Shown piece after piece: positions 42,354 to 52,568 of a DNA stretch of 64,000 nucleotides. How positions within the stretch are numbered: the stretch's first letter is position 1; each line of letters opens with the position of its first letter. Below the pieces are notes generated by a model. The model was not told where the DNA came from and searched no databases. It saw nothing but the letters and a program-made list of their open reading frames with translations. Position numbers and translations under genes: made by a program. This DNA is from an uncultured bacterium (lineage in GTDB: Bacteria; Actinomycetota; Geothermincolia; Geothermincolales; Geothermincolaceae): assembly GCA_963814495.1 (NCBI GenBank), contig CAWFDJ010000011.1, positions 193,809 to 257,808 on the forward strand, given 5' to 3'.

Positions 42354-45302
42354 ATGCCAGAACATGGAAAGGGGCGCGAAGTGAGGATCTATCTTTCCTC
42401 CACTTACGAGGACTTGAAGGAATATCGGGAAGCTGCCGCTAAGGCCATCCGCGGGTTGAAGCACGAGTGCGTGGGCATGGAAGACTACCGGGCCAGCCCG
42501 GATTACCCCGTTGATTACTGTTTAAGGGACGTGGCCTCCTGCCAGGCCTACGTCGGGATAATCGGGATGCGCTACGGTTTCGTCCCCACGGGATACGACA
42601 GGAGCATCACCGAACTGGAGTACCGCAAAGCCCGGGAGATGAATGTCACTGCTTTATTGTTCCTGGCAGACCCCAAGGCGGATGGGCTTGAAGGGGCGGG
42701 CGAGCATGACCCGCGTCTGGACGCCCTGCGCTCCGAGGTCTCCGAGGCCCACATCTGCGGTTTCTTCACCACCCCGGAGAATCTCCGCGCCCTGGTGGCC
42801 GAGTCCCTGGGCAATATATCCGGGGATGGCATTACTGAAAGGCCCATCGTAGGCACCTGCCCGAGTGCCGCGGATATGTTCAAGGACCGCGAAGAGAAAT
42901 CGGAGGAGTTGGAGACCTTTCTCAAGGACCCCAGGGCCAAGCTCGTGTGCATCGTCGGACGCCCCGGCATGGGCAAGACCGCCCTGCTGGCCAAGGCCTG
43001 CCGTAAGATCGAGAACGGCGAGCTCAACCTGGTCCAGCTCAAACGGGAGATAGGGGCTGACGGCATAGCTTACATCTACTGCAAGGGCAGCAGGGTAACC
43101 CTCGAGTACGTCTTCGGGGAAATCGGGGAGCTCCTGGAGAAGAAGGGTCGGGCCAAGCGGGAAGAGGTCATGGACCTGTACAACCGTCCGGGAGAGAGCG
43201 TGCGCTCGAAGACCGCCAAGCTCCTGAACTACCTGCAGGGAGACTGTTACCTGCTGGTCTTCGACAACCTGGAATCCCTGCTCAACGAGGACTCTGCCAT
43301 CGCCGACGACCAACTGCGCCAGTTCTTCGAGAGCTGCGTGGAACTGAGCAGCCCGTTAAAGATCCTGGCCACCAGCCGGGAGGAAGTATTCCTGGAAAGC
43401 GGTCTTCATATCATCGAGCTGGAAGAAGGACTGCCGCTGGCTGACGCCGTGGACTTCCTGCGCGACCTCGACCCTCAAGGTAGGCTGCGCTTACGCGATG
43501 CCGACCGGGACGTGCTGGAGCGTATTGCCGAAGCCTGCCGCTGTGTTCCCCTGGCCCTTGAAGAAGGTCTCCGGCCTGATGGCGGAAAAGGGCAAGCTCA
43601 AGCTGGAGGACCTGCTCGAGAAGAGGAAGGACCTCTTCGACGAAAAGGTGGCTGAAAAGCTGGTCAAGGAGGTCTATGACAACCTGGGTGCGGATCAGCA
43701 GTCGGCCATGCAGGCGCTGGCCGTCTACAACTATCCCGTCCCGGAGGAAGCGGTGGCCGCTCTCTATCCATCCCTGGCCGATGCCGAAGACGTGCTCGAT
43801 TCCCTGGCCAAGTGTTTCTCGGTCACCTACCGGGATGACCACGATACCTATGAGCTCCACCCGCTGGACCATCATTACGCCTATGCCCAAATCCCTGAGG
43901 AAGGGGAGAACGGCCGCAGGGAGCTGGACCGGAGAGCAGCGGGATGGTGGCTGAGCAGATCGGCGGAGGTGGAATCCTCTCAGGGCTCAGAGTTGATAGA
44001 GGACTGGGCTCTCGATGCCTTGAACCGCTGGGCCGACTACGTCGGCAGAGCGACATGGCACCTGATGAACGCGGAGGCATGGCAGGACCTGGTGGGCAAT
44101 CACGCGAGGGAGCAGAAGTATTACGTTAGGAAGTTCAACTGGGGTTATATCACTGAATGCCGGCAACTGGCCCCGAAGATGATCGAAGCCGCCCGTATAG
44201 TGAGGATCAAAACTGCACGAGGGAGAATGGCTGCACGAATGGGCGGTCCTCAACAATGACCTGGGGAACTACGAGCAGGCTGAAAAGGAGGCCCTGCTGG
44301 GCCTGGAGATCGCCGAAGGGCTTGGGGAACTCGATCTGAAGGCACGGCTGCTCCACCGTCTCGGGATGATCAGCCGGGATGAGGTCGACTTCCCCCGGGC
44401 ACTCGAGTACTACGAGAAGAGCCTCGAGGTCAGGAGGGAGATGCAGGCACTCGGGGACGACGGCAAGGCCCAGGCCAAGTACAAGTCAATGAACACCTAT
44501 ATCTTTTCTCTGACATAGCTCCATAGGGGAGCTGGTCGAGGCGCGGGGCGACCTCGATAAGGCCCTTGCGATGCAGCGGGAATGCCTCGAAGGGGCCAGG
44601 AACGAACGCGATTACGAGGGAGAAGTATATTTCGGCTACCGCCTGGCCCGGGTGTTATAGAAAGCAGGGCATGTATGAGGAATCCCTCAGACACATGAAG
44701 GAGAGCATCGAGATCTCCAGGGAGCGCAACTACGCCAGTTTCCTGGCAAGGGCGCTTGGCGAGGCGGCTATGATCCATATCGGGCGGGGCGAATATGATA
44801 GCGGCGGCTGCCTCCGTCGAGGAGGGGCTGGAGTACGCGGACGGAATGGGCCGCGCGTTAGAGAAAGCCAGGTGCCTGAATGTCTCCGGGCGCATCGCGG
44901 CCCACAACGGCAGACTGGGAGGACGCTAAAGCCGCCTACTCGAGCGCGCTGGGGCTGGGCATAAAGGATTGCTCGTATAAGTCCGCGGCTAAGCTGGGGC
45001 AGTTGTATCTGAGGGCCGGGGGTCCCGAGATTGCCGAGGAGTACTTCTCAGAGAGCTGCCGTTTGAGCCGCGAGTTGCTCGAGAGGTCACCTGAGATCTA
45101 CGAGGCTCTGTTCTATCTTGGGCTGGCCGAGCTCGGCCTGGGCAAAGCGGAGGACGCTGAGAGGCATTACCTTGAGGCCTTGGGCATGTGCTCCGCTCCG
45201 GGCGTAAAGAGTGAGGTCATCAGCGATATCGATGACTTTGAGTGCTCGGACTCCAGACAGGCGGGCATCGAGAGGGTACGGGCCCTGATCTGCGGGGACT
45301 GA
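42354..45302 (+). pseudogene. STAND NTPase: DUF4062-like N-terminal domain + NB-ARC-type P-loop + TPR array; six apparent 1-nt insertions (about 43560, 44215, 44510, 44655, 44800, 44915)
   Basis: IYLSSTYEDLKEYREAAAKAI...ITELEYRKAREMNVTALLFL (DUF4062-like). Walker A GRPGMGKTALLAKA, Walker B YLLVFDNLESLL, and CRCVPLAL | KKVSGLMAEKG (GxPLAL-like). TPR-like units include LNNDLGNYEQAEKEALLGLEIAE, ALEYYEKSLEVRRE and YRKQGMYEESLRHMKESIEISRE. The frames cycle 0-1-2-0-1-2-0 and the span is divisible by 3. Confidence 0.7.
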
Positions 45303-45392
45303 GAACGACGGGGGGCGTAGCGACCTTTTCATGGCCGGGGATACGAAAAAAGATGAATGGACAGGAAAGGGAGGGGGTAAGAAACCCCGACG

Positions 45393-46752
45393 CTACGGGG
45401 TATACCCTACCACATCGTGGCCACCGGTCCAGACTCCATTGTAGTTGAAATACATGGGCCTCTCGACCACGATGGGGACATCGGAATCTACCTTGATAGA
45501 GACGTTCTTGTTCGGCCCGACCACATCGTTCACCCTGATCGTTGCCCTGGTGGAGGCCCCCACGTTCACTTCCTGGCTCTTGGCAGGTCCGTTGTTGAAC
45601 ATGTAGGTGATGTGGACATTGGCTGCCGCATCACCTGGATTCATCATACAGAGATACTCATCGAAAGTATCGGTTCCGGTGTAGCCTTCCGCGAAGTAGA
45701 AGGTGGCCTGCGGGGCAGTGGCCCCGATGACGTCATGGCCTCCTGTCCAGGTTCCCTGGTAGTTGAAGTACATTGGGCGCTCAGCAACTATGGGGGTATC
45801 CGATGCTATATACACGGACACTTCACGGTCATCCCCTACCTGATCATTGACCATGACCGATGCCCGAGAGGTGGCCCCGATATTAACATCCTGCTTCTGG
45901 GTAGTGCCGTCGGCGAACATATAGGTAATATGGGCAATGGTGTCATTATCGCTGGGGTTCATCATGCATAGCCATTCATCGAAAGTACCGGCTCCCGTAT
46001 AGCCTTCGGCGAAGTAGAATGAGGAACTGGGAGCGGTAGCCCCGATGACGTCATGACCTCCCGTCCATCGGCCGTTGTAATTGAAATACATGGGCCTCTC
46101 CGCAACAATGGGATCATCGGACGTTATCAATACGGAAACATCTCGGTTCAGGCCGACCTGGTCGTTGACCTTCACCGTAGAGCGGGAAGTGGCGTCGATG
46201 GATACGCTCTGCTTCTGAGCTGAACCGTCCGAGAACATGTAAGTGATATGAGCGGTGGTCGAGTATATATTGGGGTTCATCAGGCACAACCATTCATCAA
46301 AGGCTTCCTGACCCGTGTATCCTTCGGCGAAGTAGAAGGTCTTCTGGGGAGAGGTGGCCCCAACGACGTCATGCCCTCCTGTCCAGGAATCGTTGTAGTT
46401 GAAATACATAGGACGTTCCACCACGATCCGGGAATCCGAAGTTATCTTCACTGACACGTTCATATACGGCCTTACCTGGGCGTTGACATTCACCGTAGAG
46501 CGAGAGGTGGCACCGATGGCAATGCCCTGTACCTTTCATGGAACCATCCGAGTACATGTAGGTGATATAAGCGACTGCCAAGGAGTCCTGAGGATTCATC
46601 AGGCACAGGTACTCGGTGAAGGAGTTCTGGCTTGTATACCCTTCGGCGAAGTAGACGTTGCAGGCATCTTTTTCGTGAAGAGACAGTGATGTGGTTATGG
46701 CCAGTAAAGCTATCAGCAGGGTTGCCCCTATTGCCCAATTTGCCCGTATCAT
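45393..46752 (-). CDS. secreted protein made of four ~110-aa [FV]YFAEGYT repeats, one apparent 1-nt insertion at about 46534
   Basis: Signal/anchor MIRANWAIGATLLIALLAITTSLSL. The repeats are VYFAEGYTSQNSFTEYLCLMNP..., then FYFAEGYTG..FDE[WY]LC[LM]MNP...............TSR..V.VND.VG......V.I.SD.PIV.ERPMYFNY...WTGGHDV.G.T three times. Track ORFs 46369..46752 and 45393..46493 join as YSDGSMK | VQGIAIGATSRSTVNV. Confidence 0.7.
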
Positions 46753-46904
46753 TGATTACTCGTATACTCCTCATATGAAAACATTCGCTCTTTCTTGCAC
46801 CGCTATTCTACCATGACTACGGCAGCCATCCGCGCCTCGCGCGTTTGTCTTGCGGCATCGGACTTCTTTACGCCTCCCCTTATAAAATCATTTCTTGACC
46901 TCTA

Positions 46905-47549
46905 TTGGGAGCGGTGATCTTCTTTGAGAATAGCCGGCTGGCCTGTGGGATATTGAATCTTGGTCCCGGTACTCGTCTCGGACTGTGGCTGCAGGGCTGT
47001 CAGAGACAATGCCCGGGGTGCATGGCAGCAAGCTTCTCCGACCCCACTGGTGGCAGCTACCTCGCTCCGCTCGACGCTGCCAGGTCCATAATCTCGAAAG
47101 CCGACGGGCATATCGGGCTCACCATATCCGGCGGGGAACCTTTTGAACAAGCGGAAGAACTCAACTCGATGCTCGACTATATCGCTGAACACAGCGGGCT
47201 CGACGTGCTCTGTTATTCAGGATATACGATCGAGGATATCCGGAGCGGCACCAATCACATGGTTGAACTGCTCACGAGACTTGATATACTGATTGATGGG
47301 CCATTTCTCGAAGAAGAGCCGACCGATCTGATATGGAGAGGATCGGCGAATCAGGGAATGCATATCCTGTCCGAGCGAGCGGATGGCTACAGGTACTTCG
47401 TGGATATGACGGCGGAGGGAGCGAGGCGACTCCACATATCTATAGACCCCGATGGCAGTGTCAACATCATCGGGATACCGGCGAGGGGGGAACTCCTGCG
47501 GTTGAAAGACGAGCTTGCGGCCAGGGGAATAGATATCCATCAAGAGTAA
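46905..47549 (+). CDS. NrdG-like radical-SAM activating enzyme (anaerobic RNR activase family) with extra ~55-aa C-terminal domain
   Basis: GPGTRLGLWLQGCQRQCPGC (CX3CX2C), LTISGGEPF, DILIDGPF and DLIWRGSANQ closely parallel E. coli NrdG motifs as I recall them. No nrdD or other glycyl-radical enzyme is in the window. Confidence 0.8.
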   Translation: MGAVIFFENSRLACGILNLGPGTRLGLWLQGCQRQCPGCMAASFSDPTGGSYLAPLDAARSIISKADGHIGLTISGGEPFEQAEELNSMLDYIAEHSGLDVLCYSGYTIEDIRSGTNHMVELLTRLDILIDGPFLEEEPTDLIWRGSANQGMHILSERADGYRYFVDMTAEGARRLHISIDPDGSVNIIGIPARGELLRLKDELAARGIDIHQE

Positions 47550-47565
47550 CGCAGAGTGAGGAGCC

Positions 47566-48219
47566 ATGGGCAGGGTTAAGATATGCCCGAATTGCGGGCA
47601 CGAAAACGCTCTTCGTGAATTGACCTGTATTAATTGCCGCTTCAGCCTGGTGGCTGTGGAATTCAGGGAATCCGGCAGAGGGGAGGAGGCGCCTGTTGCG
47701 ATACCGGCGGAGACGCCTCCCTTGCCAATACCGCAAATGGAAGTCCTGTCGAAAAAGGTCAAGGTCTGTCCTTCCTGTGAACGAGACAACGACGAATTCG
47801 CCACATTCTGCGTGGGCTGCAAGCTCAATCTGATGCACGTTCAGGCAACTTCTCGTTCAACCGAACTCGTCAACGAGCCTGTAGCCGTCAGCGCAACCGT
47901 TTGCCCTGCCAGTTCTGGCCATATTGCCCGGCTTGAATGCACTACCTGCAGCGGGTTTATCCGCAAAGTGCATCCGGGTCAGACAGCCGGCCGTCAAGGC
48001 GAAGTCGACCTGAGCCCTCTTCCAGGAAGTGGATACATCTCGCGCCGGCACGCCCGTTTCGATATCGACGATAAGGGAAGGTGGATGCTGGTGAACCTCA
48101 CGGATACGACCTACACCTACGTCAACTCGAAAAAAATACAGCCGGAAGAGCAGCGCGTCATCGAGGATGGTGACCATATCGTTCTAGGAAACACCGAATT
48201 CATTTTCAGGACCAGGTAG
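47566..48219 (+). CDS. double zinc-ribbon + FHA domain protein
   Basis: GAGGAG before the ATG. CPNCGHENALRELTCINC and CPSCERDNDEFATFCVGC ribbons. FHA core GRQGEVDLS...YISRRHARFDIDDKGRWMLVNL...IEDGDHIVLGNTEFIF. Confidence 0.8.
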   Translation: MGRVKICPNCGHENALRELTCINCRFSLVAVEFRESGRGEEAPVAIPAETPPLPIPQMEVLSKKVKVCPSCERDNDEFATFCVGCKLNLMHVQATSRSTELVNEPVAVSATVCPASSGHIARLECTTCSGFIRKVHPGQTAGRQGEVDLSPLPGSGYISRRHARFDIDDKGRWMLVNLTDTTYTYVNSKKIQPEEQRVIEDGDHIVLGNTEFIFRTR

Positions 48220-48232
48220 AGGGAGTGCCACG

Positions 48233-49018
48233 GTGTTGCATATTTACGCAATGAGCGACAAGGGCCAGGTCCGGCAGGAGAACGAGGACTGCTTCTTGGC
48301 CGCTGGCCTCATAGACAAGCGTTTCATGGAGATGGGAATCTCCGAGAACGGCCTCTTTTTCAACGGCTATGGCCTGCTGTGTGCGGTGGCAGACGGGATG
48401 GGAGGTCATGCCGGAGGATCCCTGGCAAGCAGGCTTGCCCTGGAATCGCTGGCCTTGGAATCCTACTGCCTCCAGGCCTCCCTCGAGCCGCAAGAAATCG
48501 CATCACATCTTTCCGACACCTTGAAGCGTACCCACAAGATGATCAATGAACGTGGGAATCGCGAAGCCGGTTTTAAGGGAATGGGCACCACTATAGTCGG
48601 CCTCTTTCTTTCAGGCAGGCAATGCATATCCTTCCACGTAGGTGACAGCCGGCTCTATCGTTTTCGGGGAGAAGGGTTGGTCCAACTCACCACCGATCAC
48701 TCCATGGAAAATGCAAACATCCTCAATGCTCCCGGGCAGGAGATTCAGGGAAAGAGCGGTGCAATATACAACACGCTCGGAGGAGGCTCAGACCTCGAAT
48801 GTTATCCCGAGATCAACGAAGTGGGTGTTGCTGCCGGTGACGTACTGATGCTGTGCTCCGACGGCTTATCGGATATGTTGGATATCAACTCGATTGAACG
48901 TGCACTTCGCGAAAGGTCTTCCCTTCAGAATGCCGCCGTCGGGTTGATCTCAATGGCCAACCAGGCCGGCGGCCTGGACAATATCACCGTCATGTTGATT
49001 GAAAGGATCCCGGAATGA
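48233..49018 (+). CDS. PP2C-family Ser/Thr protein phosphatase
   Basis: DKGQVRQENEDCF, AVADGMGGHAGG, GMGTTIVG, HVGDSRLY, LCSDGLSDM, GGLDNITVMLIE. Confidence 0.9.
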   Translation: MLHIYAMSDKGQVRQENEDCFLAAGLIDKRFMEMGISENGLFFNGYGLLCAVADGMGGHAGGSLASRLALESLALESYCLQASLEPQEIASHLSDTLKRTHKMINERGNREAGFKGMGTTIVGLFLSGRQCISFHVGDSRLYRFRGEGLVQLTTDHSMENANILNAPGQEIQGKSGAIYNTLGGGSDLECYPEINEVGVAAGDVLMLCSDGLSDMLDINSIERALRERSSLQNAAVGLISMANQAGGLDNITVMLIERIPE

Positions 49019-51360
49019 CCTCCTGCCCCACCTGCGGCAGGGCCTGCGAGGAAGACGAAAATTTCTGCAGTAACTGCGCCGCTCCCCTGCGCGGAAGGGA
49101 ACTGCCGGGAGACAGGGGAAAAGAAACCCGTAGGCCCGATTCAGCTGAGACCATCCGCCCCTCCAGGGGCGCGCTCGAGACGCTGTCGGAGGACTTACTG
49201 GCTGGGCAGGTAGGCCTGATTGACAATCGCTATGAGGTAACCGAGGAGTTCCCTCAGCGGGGAGGGGAAGCGGACGTCTACCATTGCCGGGACCGGGAAG
49301 GCGGAGAAGAGGTAGCGGTCAAGCTCTACCGGGTCAAGGTGGAGCCCAAGCAGGCAGTACTGGACCAGCTCGTGGGCCTTTCCCACAAGGATATCGTCTC
49401 GCTCAAGGCCTACGGGACCTGGGGGGGACGCTTCTACGAGGTGATGGAGTGGGCGTGTGGCGGCAGCCTGGATAGTCATGCCCCCTTCTCGGAGGACTTC
49501 ATCGTCTCTATCGTACTGCCCCAGGCCTACAACGCCTTGTGCTTTCTGCACGAACGAAATATCATCCACCGCGACATGAAGCCCAACAACCTCTTCTTCA
49601 GGGACGGGGAGAAAAAGGACGTGGTCCTAGGCGATTTCGGGGTGTCCTCACTGGTCAAAGGCCAGAACAGCGTACACCAGTCCCGAGGCTTCGGAGGTAC
49701 GGGTACCTATGCCGCACCCGAAGCCTACAGCGGTATCTTCAACTACAAGACCGACTACTACAGCCTGGGAATAACCACCATGTACCTACTCACCGGGAGC
49801 ACCCCCTTCGACGGCATGAACCCGCAGCAGATCATGTATACCAAAGGTCAGGAGCCGGTGGAGCCACCGGCCAAGGCCTCTAAACGCCTGCGGGCCCTGA
49901 TGCGGGGCCTCACCCTGCGCAGCGTGGATAATCGCTGGGGGAAGAGCGAGGTCCGGCGCTGGCTGGCAGGCGAGGATGTCCCGGTCGAAGAGGACGATAC
50001 CCCCGCGTCACGTGACTTCTTCTACAAGCTTGCCGAAGGGCGGGAAGCCAATTCTCCCCAGGTCCTGGGCCGCCTGCTCTACGAGGACCGTGATACGGCC
50101 ATGCAGCACTACCAAGCCAAGATGTTGGTGGACGGGATCAAACCCTACGACCAGGCCCTGGCCCTGCGCTTCCAGAACATCACCAACTGCAGTAAGAACA
50201 ACGAGGCCGCCCTGGCCGAAATCATCTACATCCTGGACCCCACCCTGCCCTACCGCCTGGGGACGGGCTGGGAAGCAGCGGGCCCCGCGGAGCTGGCCGC
50301 CCTCATCGATTCGTCCCCGGAAACCTGGGAGCAAGGCAAGCGGCACCTGCAGAGCGAGCAGTTCGAGGCCTGGCTGAGGGCTACCGGCAGGACGGAGACG
50401 CTGGCAGCCTGCCAGGAGTTGCGAAGCGGGGCCGGGGGCAACGCGGATCTGTACCTGGAGGCCTTCCTGCACCTGCTCGATCCCTCTCTCGCCGCGCCCC
50501 GCCTGGAGGCCTCGCCCTTACGGTTGAGCATCAAGGGGATACGGCCGGGTAAGAGAGAGAGCCGGGAGGTAAAGGTGCTGAATGCCACCCGCGGATACCT
50601 GCTAGCCTCGGCCGCCCTGTACCCCCCTGCCATCGGTCTGGAAGTCTCTCCCGAGACCCTGTCTCTCCACACCCTATCCGAGGCGAAGGGCACCCTCGAC
50701 GTAACCGCCGACACATCCCAGGCCCTTAACGGGAAGTCCACCCTTCAGATAGAGTCCAGCGCCGGGGCTGCCCATATACAGGTATCCTTCTCCTCCATCT
50801 TCTCCTACCCCCTGCTTTACCCGTGGATCGGGCTGGTGGCCGGAGGCCTCGCCTACCTGCTCATCATCGTGCTCACCAGCGGGAGCAGCAGCATCCCGCT
50901 GACTCCCAGAAAGGGTTGGTTTGAAATCGTCTTTAACTACATGGGAGCCGGTCCTTTCGAAGAGCCTTTTACAGATAACCTGAGGACGTTTCTCGCGTTG
51001 CCCGCGTATGCCGCATTTCTCGTACTTTTCTACCTCGATGAACGGTGCAGAAACGTACTTAACGCTGTTCCCGGGTTCTTCGGAGACCTATCTGTGATAC
51101 TCAGCATGTTTCTATACGCGATCCTCTACCTCGTTCCATCCGTTGTGCTTCTCTTCTTCTGCTGGCTCCTGGGCGGACCCCTCGCGTTCACTCTTGCCCT
51201 CTTCTGCTATCTCGGATATCGCATCGGTAGCTGGATACGAAAGAGATCAGGGTTTCCTGATACGGAGGACCTGCGCAGGCAAGACCACGTTTTCGGCATC
51301 ATCTTTCCGGTTATCCTGGCCTGCCTTTTCTGCCTGAATATCTATCTTGCATTTAACTGA
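49015..51360 (+). CDS. zinc-ribbon + Hanks-type Ser/Thr protein kinase + middle domain + C-terminal polytopic membrane region
   Basis: ATGA overlap with the PP2C gene. CPTCGRACEEDENFCSNC. Kinase motifs VAVKLYR, IIHRDMKPNNLFF, LGDFGVSS and GTGTYAAPE are all intact. The last ~200 aa contain at least 4-5 hydrophobic helices. Confidence 0.9.
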   Translation: MTSCPTCGRACEEDENFCSNCAAPLRGRELPGDRGKETRRPDSAETIRPSRGALETLSEDLLAGQVGLIDNRYEVTEEFPQRGGEADVYHCRDREGGEEVAVKLYRVKVEPKQAVLDQLVGLSHKDIVSLKAYGTWGGRFYEVMEWACGGSLDSHAPFSEDFIVSIVLPQAYNALCFLHERNIIHRDMKPNNLFFRDGEKKDVVLGDFGVSSLVKGQNSVHQSRGFGGTGTYAAPEAYSGIFNYKTDYYSLGITTMYLLTGSTPFDGMNPQQIMYTKGQEPVEPPAKASKRLRALMRGLTLRSVDNRWGKSEVRRWLAGEDVPVEEDDTPASRDFFYKLAEGREANSPQVLGRLLYEDRDTAMQHYQAKMLVDGIKPYDQALALRFQNITNCSKNNEAALAEIIYILDPTLPYRLGTGWEAAGPAELAALIDSSPETWEQGKRHLQSEQFEAWLRATGRTETLAACQELRSGAGGNADLYLEAFLHLLDPSLAAPRLEASPLRLSIKGIRPGKRESREVKVLNATRGYLLASAALYPPAIGLEVSPETLSLHTLSEAKGTLDVTADTSQALNGKSTLQIESSAGAAHIQVSFSSIFSYPLLYPWIGLVAGGLAYLLIIVLTSGSSSIPLTPRKGWFEIVFNYMGAGPFEEPFTDNLRTFLALPAYAAFLVLFYLDERCRNVLNAVPGFFGDLSVILSMFLYAILYLVPSVVLLFFCWLLGGPLAFTLALFCYLGYRIGSWIRKRSGFPDTEDLRRQDHVFGIIFPVILACLFCLNIYLAFN

Positions 51361-51380
51361 GAGCTTGGGGGGATTAGGTC

Positions 51381-52568
51381 ATGAGCCACTCGAATTATTC
51401 CAGCTACAGGGTCAGGGTCTCCGTGGAAAGCGCCAGGCAGCGGAAAAGACGGCTCGAAAACGAGCGGAAACAGGCCGAGGAGCGGCAGAAGCGCGAAGCG
51501 GAGGAACGGCGTAAGCTTCAACTCGAAGAAGCTCGCAAGGGCGCTGAAGTGATGGAGAAAGCCAAAGAACTTGCGTCAAGACTCAGGGAAGCCGAAACAG
51601 CTGAACGTGACAGTACCCACGAGGAAGCCGCCTCAGCGAATAAGTCTTCAACTGCGAAGGACGATGATAGAAAGAAGCTGATGAAAGTGGAAGTCGCTGA
51701 CATCCGGGAAACAATAAGTGAGCTTCCCGAAGTCCTCAGTGCGTCATTCAAAGGTGAGCTGCTGAAGATAGAGGAATGCCTCGATAAAGTGGTTAAAAGC
51801 GGCTTCGACCCCTTTTTCCTGAACAGCTTGGAGTGGGCCAGGCGTAATACCCTGTCCCTGGTAGATCAGGCCACGGAAAAGATGCAGACCATGGAGCTCC
51901 TGTCCCGGGAGGATTATGAACTCATTGACGACATGGTGGCAGGAATGACTGCCGTTCTTACAGATCCCGTTCTTCCGGATATCGAAGCGGAAGCCAGGGC
52001 GATCATCACCAGGATCAGGGAGATTGAAGCGCGTGACGTCATGACGCAAGGGCTTGACGAACTGGGCGTGCTGCATGAAAGATACAAAGCACTGCTTGCC
52101 AGGCACATGGAAGTAATGGACAGGGATTCGGAGCGGGAATTCGTTGAAGACAATATAAAGGATATCCTGCAAGGTATGGGCTATGAAGTGCTTACAATGC
52201 AAAATAACCCAGCACTTGAGAAGGATCTCGCAGGGGGCTATTACCTTACCCCGGATGGAGAGGCCGTCAGGTTGAGTATGGGGCTTGACCGGGCATTTCA
52301 CCTGGAACTCCTGCGCCTGGAGGGGGAAGGAAACGAAGGCGCCGGATCCACTGACGACGAGATGACCTCAAAGAGCAGACGATTCTGCGGAGATTACGAC
52401 CTGCTGCTGGAACGCTTGCGCGAAAGGAACATAGAGATAGATGAGGCATGGAGGGTCCCTCCGGAAAAGGCGGAATTCGATACCTGCGTCGTAAGAGACC
52501 TTGAGGAAATTGACCGCCGTAGTATCGCCCAGGCCGAGCGCGAACATCTTAGAAGGGAGTTGGAATGA
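51381..52568 (+). CDS. hypothetical protein: K/R/E-rich coiled-coil N-terminus + unknown alpha/beta C-terminal part
   Basis: 395 aa with no motif I can assign. N-terminus RQRKRRLENERKQAEERQKREAEERRKLQLEEARK. Stop overlaps the AAA+ start (ATGA). Confidence 0.6.
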   Translation: MSHSNYSSYRVRVSVESARQRKRRLENERKQAEERQKREAEERRKLQLEEARKGAEVMEKAKELASRLREAETAERDSTHEEAASANKSSTAKDDDRKKLMKVEVADIRETISELPEVLSASFKGELLKIEECLDKVVKSGFDPFFLNSLEWARRNTLSLVDQATEKMQTMELLSREDYELIDDMVAGMTAVLTDPVLPDIEAEARAIITRIREIEARDVMTQGLDELGVLHERYKALLARHMEVMDRDSEREFVEDNIKDILQGMGYEVLTMQNNPALEKDLAGGYYLTPDGEAVRLSMGLDRAFHLELLRLEGEGNEGAGSTDDEMTSKSRRFCGDYDLLLERLRERNIEIDEAWRVPPEKAEFDTCVVRDLEEIDRRSIAQAEREHLRRELE

